Counted from the first letter of the stretch, positions 1-10,899 are shown. The stretch is DNA of 64,000 nucleotides from an uncultured Acidobacteriota bacterium (GCA_963826865.1 CAWGYQ010000007.1:278665-342664); one strand, 5' to 3'. Notes: generated by a model not told the origin, from the letters alone. Made by a program: numbers and translations.

Positions 1-181
1 GAGCCTTGAGCGCGGACGGGTAGTGCGCCGGGACCCGCTGTTGGAATGACCACCGCCTCGGGGCCCGGTCCGGGGACGTTCACAGGAGAGGCCGCGGCCG
101 CGTCGAGGGGGCGGATCACGACGTCTCCCGCCTCGCCGAGCAGCAGCTGCTCGGGACCGTCAATCGGCTCAGGGTGGGCCG

Positions 182-949
182 TCAGAGCTTCAGGTACTCG
201 CGCAGGCGCTTGGTCTGCGACCGGCTGACCGGAATCTCCGTGGCCTTCACGTCCTTCATCCTGAGGATGTAGTTCCGACTGAACCAAGGCACTATCTCCT
301 TGATTTTATTGATATTAACCAGGTGCGAGCGATGCACTCTCCAGAACACCGCCGGATCGAGCCTCGCTTGGAGCTCGTCGAGCGTCCTGAAATTAGACGT
401 TCCTGAAAGTTGCCCTGTCACTATGTTAATCGACTCGTCGGCCAACGAGGCGTAGATGATTTCGTCGGCCTGGACCAGCAGGAACCGGTCGCCGACCCGG
501 ACGGCCAGCCTCTCCCGGCGGCTCTGACGCTCTGTCACCATCTGGACGATTCGTTCGAGCTGGTCTTTCAGCGGCCGCTCGGACGAGATCCGTCGTCGTG
601 CGCGCTCCAGGGCCTGCTCCAGCCGTGGCGCCTCGAGGGGCTTCAAAATGTAGTCAACGGCGTTGACCTCGAATGCCTCGATGGCATACTGATCGTAGGC
701 CGTGACGAAGATGATGTGGGCTGGCCTCTCGCCCTCCAGCAGCCGGCGCGCCACCTCGAACCCGGTCAGACCGGGCATCTGAATATCGAGAAACAGGACG
801 TCGGGAGAAACGCGCTCGACGAGGGCCAGCGCCTCGAGGCCGTTGGAGGCGCGTCCGACGATCTCGATCCCGCCCGTTTCTTCGAGCAGGAAGCAGAGTT
901 CATCGCAAGCATGCTGCTCGTCGTCGGCGACCACGGCGCGCAGGTTCAT
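182..949 (-). CDS. LytTR-family two-component response regulator (REC + LytTR DNA-binding domain)
   Basis: 255-aa ORF. Has an N-terminal receiver domain (VVADDE, LFLDIQMPGLTGFEV) and a C-terminal LytTR-type segment (FWRVHRSHLVNINKIKEI). Lies 4 nt downstream of the LytS-type kinase gene on the same strand. Confidence 0.9.
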   Translation of the reverse strand: MNLRAVVADDEQHACDELCFLLEETGGIEIVGRASNGLEALALVERVSPDVLFLDIQMPGLTGFEVARRLLEGERPAHIIFVTAYDQYAIEAFEVNAVDYILKPLEAPRLEQALERARRRISSERPLKDQLERIVQMVTERQSRRERLAVRVGDRFLLVQADEIIYASLADESINIVTGQLSGTSNFRTLDELQARLDPAVFWRVHRSHLVNINKIKEIVPWFSRNYILRMKDVKATEIPVSRSQTKRLREYLKL

Positions 950-953
950 GACA

Positions 954-2279
954 TCAAGCGGTCGCCCGCTCGGGCGAGAGGGACAGCTCCGGAATCTCGA
1001 TCCGGGCGCACGTGCCTTCCCCAGGGATGCTGCGAAGCTTGAGCTGGTAGGTGGCGCCGTAGATGACCCGCAGCCGCTCGTTGACGTTGTTCAACCCGAT
1101 GCCACCGCCGACGGCCGCGCCCAGACGCTCCTCGGTCATCCCGAGGCCGTCGTCGTCCACCTCGATGATCGCGTGACCGTTCTCGCGGCGGCTGCGGATG
1201 ACGAGGCGGCCGGCGCCGACTTTTCGCGAGAGGCCGTGTTTGATGGAGTTCTCGATGAGCGGCTGCAGGATCATGCTGGGCACGAGAATGTCGAGCGTGT
1301 CGGCGCCGATCTGTTTCTCGACGGTCAGACGGGGCCCGAACCGCACGACCTCGATATCGAGATATTCGTCCACCGCTTCCAGCTCTTCGCGCAGGGTCAC
1401 GAAGTGCTCGTGGCTGCGCAGCAGTTTCCTGAGCAGCCTCGACAGCTTGGTGATGAGCGTGCGGGCGGTTTCGGGCTCAGACCGGATGAGAGAAGAGATC
1501 GAGGTGAGCGTGTTGAACAAGAAATGAGGATTGATCTGGCTGGCCAGCGCCTCGATCCTGGCCGCCAGCAGCAGCTTCTCCTGCTCCTGCAGCCGATGCT
1601 CGATGCGGGCGTTGTTCCAGATCTTGATGGGTGTGGCAACAGCCAGCACGGCCGCCAGTACGACGAGCGCGGTCATCATCAGCGACGTGGAGCCGAGATA
1701 GAAGATCCGGCCGCTGCCGAACCGATGGCCGAGCGCGAGGCGGAGCAGTTCGAGCGCCACCGGCGCCACCAGAAGTGCGACCTGCCAATCGGTTGCAGGA
1801 CGACGAATGAACTGCCAGATGCGGCGGTGCAGCGAGGTCACGATGAACGGCGAAAAGTGCCAGATCTCTTCCTTCGGGCAGGCTTCCCGAATGCCGCCGC
1901 CCGCGAAGCCGCAGCCGACGGCAAAGGGAAGCGCGATCCATTCGCCGGCCATCGCGGCCGGAAAGCCCGCGAGGGCGCCGACCGTGGCGCCGGCGTAGGG
2001 ACCGGCGATCAATCCGGCGACAAAGGCGGCCTCCAGCGTGAGGTCGGCGGCGTCATAGCGAAGGAGAAGCCGGGCGACGACGCCCGCGGCCACGGGGATG
2101 CCGACAGCGGCCGAGAACACCAGTCGATCGTTCCAGGCCCGGCGCTCGAAGATCAGAATGTGACGGAAGCGCCGGTAACGGACGAGCACCGTTGCCAGGA
2201 GTGCGATCACGGCGATCTTGACCACGAGCGTGGTCAGCAGGAACTGTTCGGGCGAGAGGAACTTGGGTTCCTGAACCAC
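954..2279 (-). CDS. LytS/YehU-type sensor histidine kinase
   Basis: 441-aa ORF. The N-terminal half is multi-pass hydrophobic. It carries the LytS-family H-box region NPHFLFNTLTSISSLIR and ATPase G-boxes (DDGLGM, GGIGLNNVNERL). Confidence 0.9.
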   Translation of the reverse strand: MVQEPKFLSPEQFLLTTLVVKIAVIALLATVLVRYRRFRHILIFERRAWNDRLVFSAAVGIPVAAGVVARLLLRYDAADLTLEAAFVAGLIAGPYAGATVGALAGFPAAMAGEWIALPFAVGCGFAGGGIREACPKEEIWHFSPFIVTSLHRRIWQFIRRPATDWQVALLVAPVALELLRLALGHRFGSGRIFYLGSTSLMMTALVVLAAVLAVATPIKIWNNARIEHRLQEQEKLLLAARIEALASQINPHFLFNTLTSISSLIRSEPETARTLITKLSRLLRKLLRSHEHFVTLREELEAVDEYLDIEVVRFGPRLTVEKQIGADTLDILVPSMILQPLIENSIKHGLSRKVGAGRLVIRSRRENGHAIIEVDDDGLGMTEERLGAAVGGGIGLNNVNERLRVIYGATYQLKLRSIPGEGTCARIEIPELSLSPERATA

Positions 2280-2430
2280 GGAACTATCCTGATTTCACGT
2301 TCGCGATCGCGTGGAGGATCAACTCGTCGAATATACCGGCCGATTCTGAGGGTGTCAAACCAGAACGGCTTGAAATGCTATGATGTGAGGAACTTACGAG
2401 AGCCGGCGCGGCGCCTGCGCGCGGCCGCCG

Positions 2431-2898
2431 GTGGAGCCCTCAGCCGTGATTCGTCCATTCATCATCGGATTTGCGACGACGCTCAAGCACATCTTCAAGA
2501 AGCCGATCACGGTGAACTATCCGGAACAGAAGGTTCCGATGTTCCCCAAATATCGGGGCAAGCACGTGCTGATGCGCGACGAGCTCGGGCTCGAGAAATG
2601 CGTGGCCTGCGGTCTCTGCGCCGTGGCGTGCCCGGCCGATGCCATCTATCTCGAAGCCGCCGAGAACGACGGCACCGTGATGGCCGGTCCGCGCTACGCC
2701 TCCACGTACCAGATCCACAAGACGCGCTGCATCTTCTGCGGCTACTGCGAAGAGGCGTGTCCCGTGTCGGCGATCTTCATGGGCAAGGACTACGAACTCG
2801 CGGTGTACAGCAAGGACGACTTCATCTGGGACAAGACCGATCTGCTCGTGCCCGCTCAAACCGAGCCGGCCCCGACGTCCGGGGGCGCCGAACGCTAG
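2431..2898 (+). CDS. nuoI: NADH-quinone oxidoreductase subunit I-like 2x[4Fe-4S] ferredoxin
   Basis: 155-aa ORF with two CxxCxxCxxxCP clusters (CVACGLCAVACP, CIFCGYCEEACP) and a NuoI-type N-terminus (FKKPITVNYPEQK). GTG start, with an alternative GTG at 2446. No other nuo genes are adjacent. Confidence 0.8.
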   Translation: MEPSAVIRPFIIGFATTLKHIFKKPITVNYPEQKVPMFPKYRGKHVLMRDELGLEKCVACGLCAVACPADAIYLEAAENDGTVMAGPRYASTYQIHKTRCIFCGYCEEACPVSAIFMGKDYELAVYSKDDFIWDKTDLLVPAQTEPAPTSGGAER

Positions 2899-2989
2899 CT
2901 CTTCGTTCGGTCCGCCCCGTTCCAAGGCACAGGAATCAACCAATCTGTTCACAGAATCACCAGCCGGGCGACGAAGCACCGCGACATCC

Positions 2990-4828
2990 ATGAGCGCGTT
3001 CCTCGACGCGATCCGTGAGCGGGTGCTGGTTTGCGACGGTGCCGTGGGCACCATGCTGTACGCCAAGGGCGTCTTCATCAATCGGTGCTTCGACGGGCTC
3101 AACCTCACGCAGCCCGAGCTGGTGGCCGAGGTTCACCAGGAGTACCTCCGCGCCGGCGCCGATCTCATCGAGACCAACACGTTCGGCGCCAACCGCGTGA
3201 AGCTCGGAGGCTTCGGGCTGGGCGACCAGACTCGCGCCATCAACGAGCAGGGCGCCCGCATTGCGCGGCAGGCCGCGCGCGATCAGGCCTGGGTGGCGGG
3301 CGCCATGGGACCCCTCGGGGTGCGCATCGAGCCCTGGGGCAAGACAGGCGTCGACGAAGCGCGAGAGTTCTTCCGTGAGCAGGCCGAGGGGTTGCTCGCC
3401 GGTGGGGTCGATGTCTTCGTGCTCGAGACGTTCCGCGATCTGAACGAGATCGGGGCGGCCATCCACGCCGTGCGAAGCCTGTGCGACCTGCCCATCGTGG
3501 CGCAAATGACGACGGAAGAGGATGGGCACAGCCTGGATGGAACGCCGCCCGAGCGTTTCGGCCCGGAACTGGAGCGACTGGGCGCCTCGGTAATCGGCGT
3601 CAACTGCAGCGTCGGACCCGCGCCGATGCTCGAGACCATCGAGCGGCTGTCCAAGGTCACCGAGCTGCCGCTGGCCGCGCAGCCCAACGCCGGGAAGCCA
3701 CGCGACATCGAGGGCCGCAACATCTACCTCTGTTCTCCCGAGTACATGGCGTCCTACGCGCGGCGTTTCATCGCGCACGGCGTTCGGCTCGTCGGTGGAT
3801 GCTGCGGGACGACGCCAGAGCACATCCGCCAGATACGAATCGCGGTTCGCGCCATGAGGGTGGCGGCCCAACCGCCCGTGACGAGCTCGGTGGGCGGGCC
3901 TGTCGCCGACCAGCCCGTCGCGCCGGTGGCTCGCGGTGAGAAGTCACGGCTCGCGCACGAGCTCGCGCGCGGCCGGGTGGTGGTGGGCGTCGAGGTGCTG
4001 CCGCCGCGCGGGTTGCAGGTTCACGACGCGATCTCGCGTGCGCGCGCGTTGAAGATTCGCGGGGTGGACGTGGTGCACGTGCCGGATGGTCCGCGCGCCA
4101 CCGCGAGGCTGAGCGCACTCTCCATGTCGGTGTTGATCGAACAGCACGTCGGCATCGAGACCATGCTGCAGTACACCTGTCGCGACCGGAACATGCTGAG
4201 CATGCAGTCCGACCTTCTGGGTGCGCACGCGATGGGTCTGCGCAACCTGCTGATTGTGACCGGTGATCCTCCGCGCATGAGCACGTATCCGGACGCGACG
4301 GCTGTCTACGATGTCGACTCGATCGGGCTGACGAACATCGTGGCCCGCCTCAATCAGGGGCTCGACATCGGAGGCACGAGCATCGGGGAGCCGACCGCAT
4401 TCCATATCGGGGTCGCCGCCAACCCCTCGGCGCTGACGCTCGACGAAGAAGTCAAGCGCTTCCGCTACAAGGTGGAGGCCGGGGCCGAGTTTGCGGTGAC
4501 GCCGCCGGTCTTCGACGTGGGCGACGTCGAGACCTTCATCCGTCGAATCGAGGATGCACGGATCCCGATCATCGCCGGACTCTGGCCCTTCGAAAGTGCA
4601 CGGAACGCGGAGTTCCTCGCCAATGAAGTGCCCGGCGTGCGTGTGCCCGAGGAACTGCTCCGGCGCATGCGGCTGGCCGACAACCCCGAGGCTGCTTTGG
4701 CCGAGGGGGTCGCCATCGCCCGGGAGCTGGCGACCCGTCTCAAGGGGTTGGTCCAGGGCTTTCAGGTGTCGGCGCCCTCCGGTAACATCGAAGCCGCTCT
4801 CGCGGTCATCGAGGCCGTCGGGCGTTAG
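2990..4828 (+). CDS. Bifunctional homocysteine S-methyltransferase / 5,10-methylenetetrahydrofolate reductase (YitJ-like fusion)
   Basis: 612-aa ORF. The N-terminal Hcy-binding domain (DGAVGTMLY, ETNTFGAN, GGCCGTTPEHI) is fused to a MetF-type MTHFR domain in the C-terminal ~280 aa. Confidence 0.85.
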   Translation: MSAFLDAIRERVLVCDGAVGTMLYAKGVFINRCFDGLNLTQPELVAEVHQEYLRAGADLIETNTFGANRVKLGGFGLGDQTRAINEQGARIARQAARDQAWVAGAMGPLGVRIEPWGKTGVDEAREFFREQAEGLLAGGVDVFVLETFRDLNEIGAAIHAVRSLCDLPIVAQMTTEEDGHSLDGTPPERFGPELERLGASVIGVNCSVGPAPMLETIERLSKVTELPLAAQPNAGKPRDIEGRNIYLCSPEYMASYARRFIAHGVRLVGGCCGTTPEHIRQIRIAVRAMRVAAQPPVTSSVGGPVADQPVAPVARGEKSRLAHELARGRVVVGVEVLPPRGLQVHDAISRARALKIRGVDVVHVPDGPRATARLSALSMSVLIEQHVGIETMLQYTCRDRNMLSMQSDLLGAHAMGLRNLLIVTGDPPRMSTYPDATAVYDVDSIGLTNIVARLNQGLDIGGTSIGEPTAFHIGVAANPSALTLDEEVKRFRYKVEAGAEFAVTPPVFDVGDVETFIRRIEDARIPIIAGLWPFESARNAEFLANEVPGVRVPEELLRRMRLADNPEAALAEGVAIARELATRLKGLVQGFQVSAPSGNIEAALAVIEAVGR

Positions 4829-4899
4829 TGTTCGGGTTCGGCTTGCCGCGACGGGCGGGCGGTTATATAGTGCCCCAGCCTGTTCAGGCGGAGGACGAC

Positions 4900-5631
4900 A
4901 TGGCGTTGTTCGATCGTCACGACTCCGAGAGCGACCACATTGCCGGCGGATCCGACGTGGGTACCCGTGCGCTCTCCGCCACCTCCGTCGAAGGCGACTT
5001 CGTCAACGCCGTGTATGAGAACATCGCGTGGTTCTATGACGCGGCGTTCGGCAAGATGCTCCATCCAGGTCGGGTCGATGCCATTCACCGCATGAGCATC
5101 ACGCCTGGCGATCGCATCCTCGAGGTCGGCGTGGGCACGGGAATGAACGTGCCGCTCTACCCGGAGCATGCGATCGTCACCGGCATCGATTTGTCGGATT
5201 CGATGCTCGAGCGCGCCTACGAACGCGTCGATCGGCGTGGGCTGTCCAACGTCCGGCTGCTTCGCATGGACGCCGGCGCGATGAGCTTCCCCGACGAGTC
5301 CTTCGACATCGTCTACGCGCCGTACCTGATCAATGTCGTGCCCGACCCGCTGCAGGTGGCCCGCGAAATGTGGCGGGTCTGCAAACCGGGCGGCCGCATC
5401 ATCCTGCTCAATCACTTCCGCAGCACGAACCCGCTCATGTCGAAGCTCGAGGGGCTGTTGTCGCGCGTCACGGTCCATCTCGGGTTCCGCGCCGATTTCG
5501 ACCTGGCCGCGTTCCTCGCCCAGACCGGGTTTCACCCCATTTCCATCGAGAAGGTCAATTTCCCGCGCATCTGGCGGCTGGTCATCTGCGAGAAGGCGCC
5601 GCACGGCAGCGAAAAGCGCCTGTCGGCCTGA
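4900..5631 (+). CDS. Class I SAM-dependent methyltransferase
   Basis: SAM motif I is ILEVGVGTGMN, with later motifs such as PGGRIILLNHF. The ORF opens at GTG 4828, but ATG 4900 is preceded by GGAGGA (4890-4895), so the start is set there. Confidence 0.8.
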   Translation: MALFDRHDSESDHIAGGSDVGTRALSATSVEGDFVNAVYENIAWFYDAAFGKMLHPGRVDAIHRMSITPGDRILEVGVGTGMNVPLYPEHAIVTGIDLSDSMLERAYERVDRRGLSNVRLLRMDAGAMSFPDESFDIVYAPYLINVVPDPLQVAREMWRVCKPGGRIILLNHFRSTNPLMSKLEGLLSRVTVHLGFRADFDLAAFLAQTGFHPISIEKVNFPRIWRLVICEKAPHGSEKRLSA

Positions 5632-5637
5632 CCCGTC

Positions 5638-6930
5638 TCACGCGGAGTCGAACGGCCGCTCGGGCGACGCGCTCTGCGGCGTGAAGAGTTCGGCGCCGCT
5701 TTCGGTAATCACCATCTCGTCTTCCAGCCGCACTCCGAATTCCCCCCGCAGATAGATGCCAGGCTCGTCGCTGCACACCATACCAGGCACGAGCGGCAGC
5801 GTGTTGCCGCGAACCAGGTACGGCCACTCGTGCCCGTCCATGCCGATGCCGTGCCCGACGCGATGCGTGAAATAGCGGTAGCCCGGCCCGAAACCGGCAT
5901 CCTCGATCACGCGCCTCGCCGCGGCGTCCACCGCTTCGCAGGTGACGCCTGGCTTCGCCGCCGCCAGGGCGGCATCCTGCGCGCGCCGGTCCACGGCGAA
6001 GACTTCCTTGATGCGGGCGCTGGCGCGGCCGAGCACGAAGGTGCGGCTGATATCCGACTGGTAGCCGTCGGCTTCGCAACCCCCGTCGATCAGCACGAGG
6101 CTGCCTTCGCGGATCGTTTGCGCCGCCGTGGACCCATGGGGCAGCGCTGCATATTCGCCGACCTGCACGCTTGCCCCGCCGGCGAACCCGAGAGAGTCGT
6201 GCGCGGCGGAGACGAGCGCGGCGAAATCGTTCCGGGTCATTCCTTCGGCCAGCGCAAGGTAGGCGGCCTCATACGCCTTGAGCGTGACGGCTGACGCCAG
6301 ACGCATCAACTCGAGCTCGTGCGCGTCCTTGACCATCCGGCAGCCGGCCGTCACCGCGGTGGCGCTGGCGTGTATCAGTGCGGGCGCCGCCTTCCGAATC
6401 TCATCGCTGAAGACGAAGCGCACCGTTTCTTCCACGGCCAGCCGGCCTGTCCGGATGCCGCGATCGCGCAGGCCCTCGGAGACGCGATTGTACGGGCTCT
6501 CGTGTTCCTCCCACGTTCGCACGTCGGCCTGTCGATCGCCGAGCGGTCCCCCCTCCATCTGCTCGCGTGCCCGGTCCTCTTCGAACGCCGGGCAGACGAG
6601 GAACGCATCGCCACGGGCCGGGAGGACCGCCGCGAACAATCGCTCGCTCAGGCCCCATCGGATTCCGGTGAAGTATCTGAGCGATGTGCCACCGCAGAGC
6701 AGGAGGGCGTCAAGCCCTTGCTCACCGAGCAGGCGGCGAGCCTTCTCGAGACGGGCCCGCCGTTCGTCGGCCGTGATTGGCCGGATGCGGTCGCGCATCG
6801 AGGTCAGACTGGCGAGGGAAGGCGGCAACCGGTTGTCGGCCGACGGCGCCCGTTGTGCCCACGCGGGATTCGTGAGGGCCAGGGTGGTGGCCGCAGACCC
6901 CGCACCGAGAAACCGGCGGCGGCTGATCAT
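5638..6930 (-). CDS. M24-family Xaa-Pro aminopeptidase/prolidase with twin-arginine signal
   Basis: 430-aa ORF. Has a Tat-type N-terminus (SRRRFLGAGSAATTLALTNPAWA) and M24 pita-bread metal-ligand contexts (LIDGGCEADGYQSDISRT, HRVGHGIGMDGHEWP, SDEPGIY, RLEDEM). Confidence 0.85.
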   Translation of the reverse strand: MISRRRFLGAGSAATTLALTNPAWAQRAPSADNRLPPSLASLTSMRDRIRPITADERRARLEKARRLLGEQGLDALLLCGGTSLRYFTGIRWGLSERLFAAVLPARGDAFLVCPAFEEDRAREQMEGGPLGDRQADVRTWEEHESPYNRVSEGLRDRGIRTGRLAVEETVRFVFSDEIRKAAPALIHASATAVTAGCRMVKDAHELELMRLASAVTLKAYEAAYLALAEGMTRNDFAALVSAAHDSLGFAGGASVQVGEYAALPHGSTAAQTIREGSLVLIDGGCEADGYQSDISRTFVLGRASARIKEVFAVDRRAQDAALAAAKPGVTCEAVDAAARRVIEDAGFGPGYRYFTHRVGHGIGMDGHEWPYLVRGNTLPLVPGMVCSDEPGIYLRGEFGVRLEDEMVITESGAELFTPQSASPERPFDSA

Positions 6931-7020
6931 GAGGCGACTCCTTTGTCAAAATGGGGGCTAGGCCGGCGCCCGGGAAGCGACCGCCCGGCTGAGACGAAGT
7001 CAAACCGGTCTGCGCGGCGG

Positions 7021-9405
7021 CTACTCGAGCGGCGCGACGGGCTGGAGCGCGCGCGACGCCTCGCCAGCTGGCAGCGCCACGCGCAGCACCTCATCGAGCG
7101 CCTTGACGGGGACGAAGGTCATGTCCGCTCTGACCTCGGCCGGCAACTCGGCGAGATCCACAGTGTTCATGTCGGGGAGCACGAACGTATGGAGACCGGC
7201 CTGACGTGCGGCAAGAACCTTCTCGCGAATGCCGCCGACGGGGAGAACCAGGCCGCTCAGCGTAATCTCGCCGGTCATCGCCACGTCAGGCGCCACCGGC
7301 TGATTCCTGGCCGCCGAGAGAATCGCCGTCGCCATTGTCACGCCAGCCGAAGGCCCATCCTTCGGAATGGCGCCCGCGGGGATGTGCACGTGCAGGTCGC
7401 GGTGTTCCATGAAGTCGGGTGGGATTCCCAGCTCGAGCGCCTGCGAGCGAATGTGGCTGACGGCTGCACGCGCCGACTCCTGCATGACGGTGCCCAGCTG
7501 GCCCGTGAGGATGATGTTCTGGTGGCCGCCCGGCAGCAGGCTGGCCTCGATATAGAGCACGTCGCCGCCGCTCTCGGTCCACGCCACGCCGGTTGCGACG
7601 CCGGGCCTTGAGGTACGAAACGCGGTGTCACGCCGATAACGCGCCGGACCCAGGTAGTCGGCGACATTGGCTTCGTCAACGACGTCGGTCGTTTCGCCGG
7701 GTCCTCCCGCGCGCGTCGCGGCCCGCGCGGCAATTTTTCGCGCGACCGCCCCGATCTGCCGCTCCAGGTTGCGCACCCCCGCCTCGCGGGTGTACTCGGT
7801 GATGACGAGCCGCAGCGCGGTGTCAGTCATGTCGACGGCCGAGGCCGAAAGGCCGTGCTCCTGGAGCTGTCGAGGAATCAAGAAGCGTCTGGCGATGTGC
7901 ACCTTTTCTTCCTGGGTGTAGCCCGTCAGCGGAATCACTTCCATCCGATCGAGCAGCGCGGGGTGGACCGGGCCGAGTTGATTGGCGGTCGCGATGAACA
8001 GCACGCGCGACAGATCGAAGGGCATCTCGAGGTAGTGATCGCGGAACGAGTGGTTTTGAGCCGGGTCGAGAACCTCCAGCAGCGCGGCAGCCGGGTCGCC
8101 CTGGAACCCCACGCTCATCTTGTCGACTTCGTCCAGCATGAAGACGGGGTTCGCGGCGCCCGCCTGCTTCAAGGCATGAATGATCCGGCCCGGCATCGAC
8201 CCGATGTAGGTGCGCCGGTGCCCGCGAATCTCGGCTTCGTCTCTGACGCCCCCGAGCGAAATCCGGACAAACTTTCGATTCATCGCGCGCGCAATCGACT
8301 GACCGAGCGACGTCTTGCCCACACCGGGCGGCCCGACGAAGCACAGGATGGGTCCTCGCATGTCGCCCTTCAGCTTCCGCACGGCGAGGTGCTCGACGAT
8401 GCGGTCCTTGACCTTGTCGAGATCGTAGTGATCCTCGTCGAGCACGCGCCGCGCTTCGACCGGATCCAGGCGATCTTCAGTAGTGATCGACCAGGGAATC
8501 TCGAGCACCCAGTCGAGATACGTGCGGATCATCTGATACTCGGGCGAAGCCGGCGTCATCCGCTCGAGCCGATCCACTTCGCGTGTGACGATTGAGCCCA
8601 CCTGCTCGGGAAGGTTCGCTTCGCCGATGCGGCGGCGCAGCTCGACCGTTTCGGGTACCTGGCCCTCGCCGAGCTCGTCTTGAATCGCCTTGAGCTGCTG
8701 CCGCAGGTAGTACTGACGCTGCGCATCGGTCATTTCCTGCTGCGCTTGTGTCTCGATCTTGCCTTTCAGCTCGAGCAGCGCGATTTCCCGATTGAGCGCG
8801 CTCGCGACCCCGTTCAGCTTCAGCGTCAAATCGTCGGCCTCGAGCAGCTGCTGCTTGTCTTCCCCCTTCATGTCGAGCACGCTCGCCAGCATGTAACACA
8901 GGCGCAGAGGCTGATCCACGTGCATGACCAGACCGCTCAGTTCCTGCGCCAGACCGCCGGTCAGCGCCAAGGCGCGTTCCATTAGCTCGTGCAACCGGCG
9001 CATATAGGCGTCGACTTCGAGCGAGCGTTCTTCTTGCTCCGGACGAGTGGCGACCTCGGCTCGAAACGTGGCGCCGCTGCGCGTCAGGTTGACGGCTTCC
9101 GCGCGTGCCAGGCCCTCGACAATGACGTGAACGGCGCCGCCTGCCCTCGCCATCTGCCTGAGCACGGCGACCGTGCCGATTCGGCTGAGGTCTTCGGGTT
9201 GCGGGTCGTCGACGTCGGTGCGCTGCAGCAGCATCAGGACCATGCGGTCGGTCGCCAGCGCGCGGTTGATGCTCTCGATCGAGACCGGCCGGTTCACGGC
9301 CAGCGGCTGAATGGTCAGCGGGAAGACCACCGTGCCGCGCAGCGGCAGGACCGGGAGCTCGGATGGAATGGTGATGGAAGGCGATGCTGCCGCATGATCG
9401 GTCAT
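7021..9405 (-). CDS. lon: ATP-dependent Lon protease
   Basis: 794-aa ORF. Has a LON N-domain, Walker [10 protein letters not shown], Walker B FMLDEVDK, and a protease domain with [12 protein letters not shown] (catalytic Ser) and [10 protein letters not shown] (Lys). Confidence 0.97.
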   Translation of the reverse strand: MTDHAAASPSITIPSELPVLPLRGTVVFPLTIQPLAVNRPVSIESINRALATDRMVLMLLQRTDVDDPQPEDLSRIGTVAVLRQMARAGGAVHVIVEGLARAEAVNLTRSGATFRAEVATRPEQEERSLEVDAYMRRLHELMERALALTGGLAQELSGLVMHVDQPLRLCYMLASVLDMKGEDKQQLLEADDLTLKLNGVASALNREIALLELKGKIETQAQQEMTDAQRQYYLRQQLKAIQDELGEGQVPETVELRRRIGEANLPEQVGSIVTREVDRLERMTPASPEYQMIRTYLDWVLEIPWSITTEDRLDPVEARRVLDEDHYDLDKVKDRIVEHLAVRKLKGDMRGPILCFVGPPGVGKTSLGQSIARAMNRKFVRISLGGVRDEAEIRGHRRTYIGSMPGRIIHALKQAGAANPVFMLDEVDKMSVGFQGDPAAALLEVLDPAQNHSFRDHYLEMPFDLSRVLFIATANQLGPVHPALLDRMEVIPLTGYTQEEKVHIARRFLIPRQLQEHGLSASAVDMTDTALRLVITEYTREAGVRNLERQIGAVARKIAARAATRAGGPGETTDVVDEANVADYLGPARYRRDTAFRTSRPGVATGVAWTESGGDVLYIEASLLPGGHQNIILTGQLGTVMQESARAAVSHIRSQALELGIPPDFMEHRDLHVHIPAGAIPKDGPSAGVTMATAILSAARNQPVAPDVAMTGEITLSGLVLPVGGIREKVLAARQAGLHTFVLPDMNTVDLAELPAEVRADMTFVPVKALDEVLRVALPAGEASRALQPVAPLE

Positions 9406-9579
9406 TCTGGCGCTATTTCATCGCAAGGGGCCGACCGAGTCAACGACACACGGTCGGCTGCAGACGCGGGACATCACGGCGTCGAGTCATCTGCGAAGAC
9501 AGACGGACTGGCGGCGACGCAGGCGTCACGGGCCTGCACGGCGCAGGCTATGATGGACGGGAGGCGCCTGGAACCGCTC

Positions 9580-10899
9580 ATGTCTGCACCGATCGTTGCC
9601 ATCACCGGTATCGGCGTCGTCTCGCCGTTTGGCGTCGGGCGCGAGCGCTTCTGGGAATCAGTCAGCCGCGGCGAGAGCGGTACGCGCCCCATCACCGACT
9701 TCGACGCATCAGCGCTGCCGTGCCGGGTGGCCGCGCCCGTCCCTTCCGTCTCGTCGTGCGATGTTCCGCCGCTCGAGGGCGACCTCGAGACCGAGGCCAC
9801 CTCGCGTGCCGACCCCAAGCGCTACTCGAAGTCTGCGCTCATCGGCGTAATCGCCGCGCGGGAGGCCTGGACCGATGCCGGCCTGCGCGCGGACCATCCC
9901 TCGGCCGGCGTGCTGATTGGCAGCGGCGGCGGGGGCATCGATGTGGGCGAGCGCCAGTACTACGATTACTTCGTCGAAGGCGGGCGGAAGGTCACGCCTT
10001 ACGCCATCGCCATTTCAATCGTGGGCATGGTGTCGAGCGAGATTTCGATCTCGTTGGGTCTCCACGGAATCAGTCACGTGATGTCCTGTGGCTGCACGAG
10101 CTCGACCGACGCCATCGGCTATGCGTCGAGCTTGATTCGCTCCGGTCAGGAAGAGATCGTGCTGAGTGGCGGCGTCGATGCGTGCGTCACGCCTGGCATG
10201 CTGTTCGGCTTCTCACGCATGCGGGCAGTGTCCACCCGCTACAACGACCAGCCGGGTGCCGCGTCACGGCCATTCGACCGCGGTCGGGACGGATTCGTGC
10301 TGGGCGAGGGCGCATGGATGCTGGTGCTCGAGCGGGAGGATCGCGCGCGCGCTCGCGGCGCGCATGTCTATGCCACGGTGGATGGCTACGGGTCGACGTG
10401 CGATGCCTACCACCGTGTGCAGATGGCTCCCGATGGCGCCGAGATCGTTCGGGCCCTGAAGCTGGCCATCGAGCGATCGGGCCGGAGTTCCGGCGACATC
10501 GGGTACGTCAATTACCATGGCACGTCGACCGTGCTGAACGACGCCGTCGAATCGCGCTGCGTTCGCGCCGTTCTGGGCGCGGCGGCCGATCGCGTGCCCG
10601 GTTCGTCCACCAAGTCGATGATCGGCCATCCGCAGGGCGCCAGCGGCGCCGCAGGTGTGGTGACCAGCGCGCTCGCGCTGTCCCGCGGGTTCCTGCCCCC
10701 GACCATCAATCTGGACGAGCCCGATCCGAGCTGTGACATGGACTTTCTTCCCAACGTAGGCCGCAGAGCGGCGCCGGCGGCCGCGCTCTGCAACTGCCTC
10801 GGCTTCGGATCCAAAAACAGCGCGCTGGTGATCGGCGCACGTGTGCTGACGCCCGCCGATCGAACGCAGTATCGGTGGCCGCCCGACGCTCATGGATGA
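9580..10899 (+). CDS. Beta-ketoacyl-ACP synthase II-like condensing enzyme
   Basis: Ketosynthase similarity begins at MSAPIVAITGIGVVSPFG (ATG 9580, alternative ATG 9550). The upstream 590 nt of ORF 8989-10899 is antisense to lon and low-complexity. Has active-site Cys (SCGCTSS), His (AYHRV), His (YHGTSTVLND) and a GFGSKNSALV tail. Confidence 0.85.
   Translation: MSAPIVAITGIGVVSPFGVGRERFWESVSRGESGTRPITDFDASALPCRVAAPVPSVSSCDVPPLEGDLETEATSRADPKRYSKSALIGVIAAREAWTDAGLRADHPSAGVLIGSGGGGIDVGERQYYDYFVEGGRKVTPYAIAISIVGMVSSEISISLGLHGISHVMSCGCTSSTDAIGYASSLIRSGQEEIVLSGGVDACVTPGMLFGFSRMRAVSTRYNDQPGAASRPFDRGRDGFVLGEGAWMLVLEREDRARARGAHVYATVDGYGSTCDAYHRVQMAPDGAEIVRALKLAIERSGRSSGDIGYVNYHGTSTVLNDAVESRCVRAVLGAAADRVPGSSTKSMIGHPQGASGAAGVVTSALALSRGFLPPTINLDEPDPSCDMDFLPNVGRRAAPAAALCNCLGFGSKNSALVIGARVLTPADRTQYRWPPDAHG

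Noticed and set aside
1-181. Minus-strand frame open across the whole left edge (AHPEPIDGPEQLLLGEAGDVVIRPLDAAAASPVNVPGPGPEAVVIPTAGPGALPVRAQG), with G/C-rich third positions.
   Set aside because: It may be the 5' part of a gene continuing beyond the window. I found no ATG/GTG/TTG start near 181 and no recognisable similarity, so I did not report it as a feature.
843-2993. 716-aa plus-strand ORF, the longest ORF in the first 3 kb.
   Set aside because: It is antisense to the LytS kinase and out of frame over nuoI. The translation is Arg/Ala/Gly/Asp/Pro-rich low complexity with no motif. It is a typical high-GC shadow ORF, and the opposite or alternative frames carry clear domain signatures.
6931-7020. 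Possible lon terminator hairpin (CCGGG-N9-CCCGG).
   Set aside because: The stem is only 5 bp, has no flanking T-run on the minus strand, and is too weak to report.
8989-9579. N-terminal 197-aa extension of the ketosynthase ORF.
   Set aside because: It is antisense to the lon 5' region and its upstream region, and is low-complexity. Ketosynthase similarity starts exactly at MSAPIVAITGIG.
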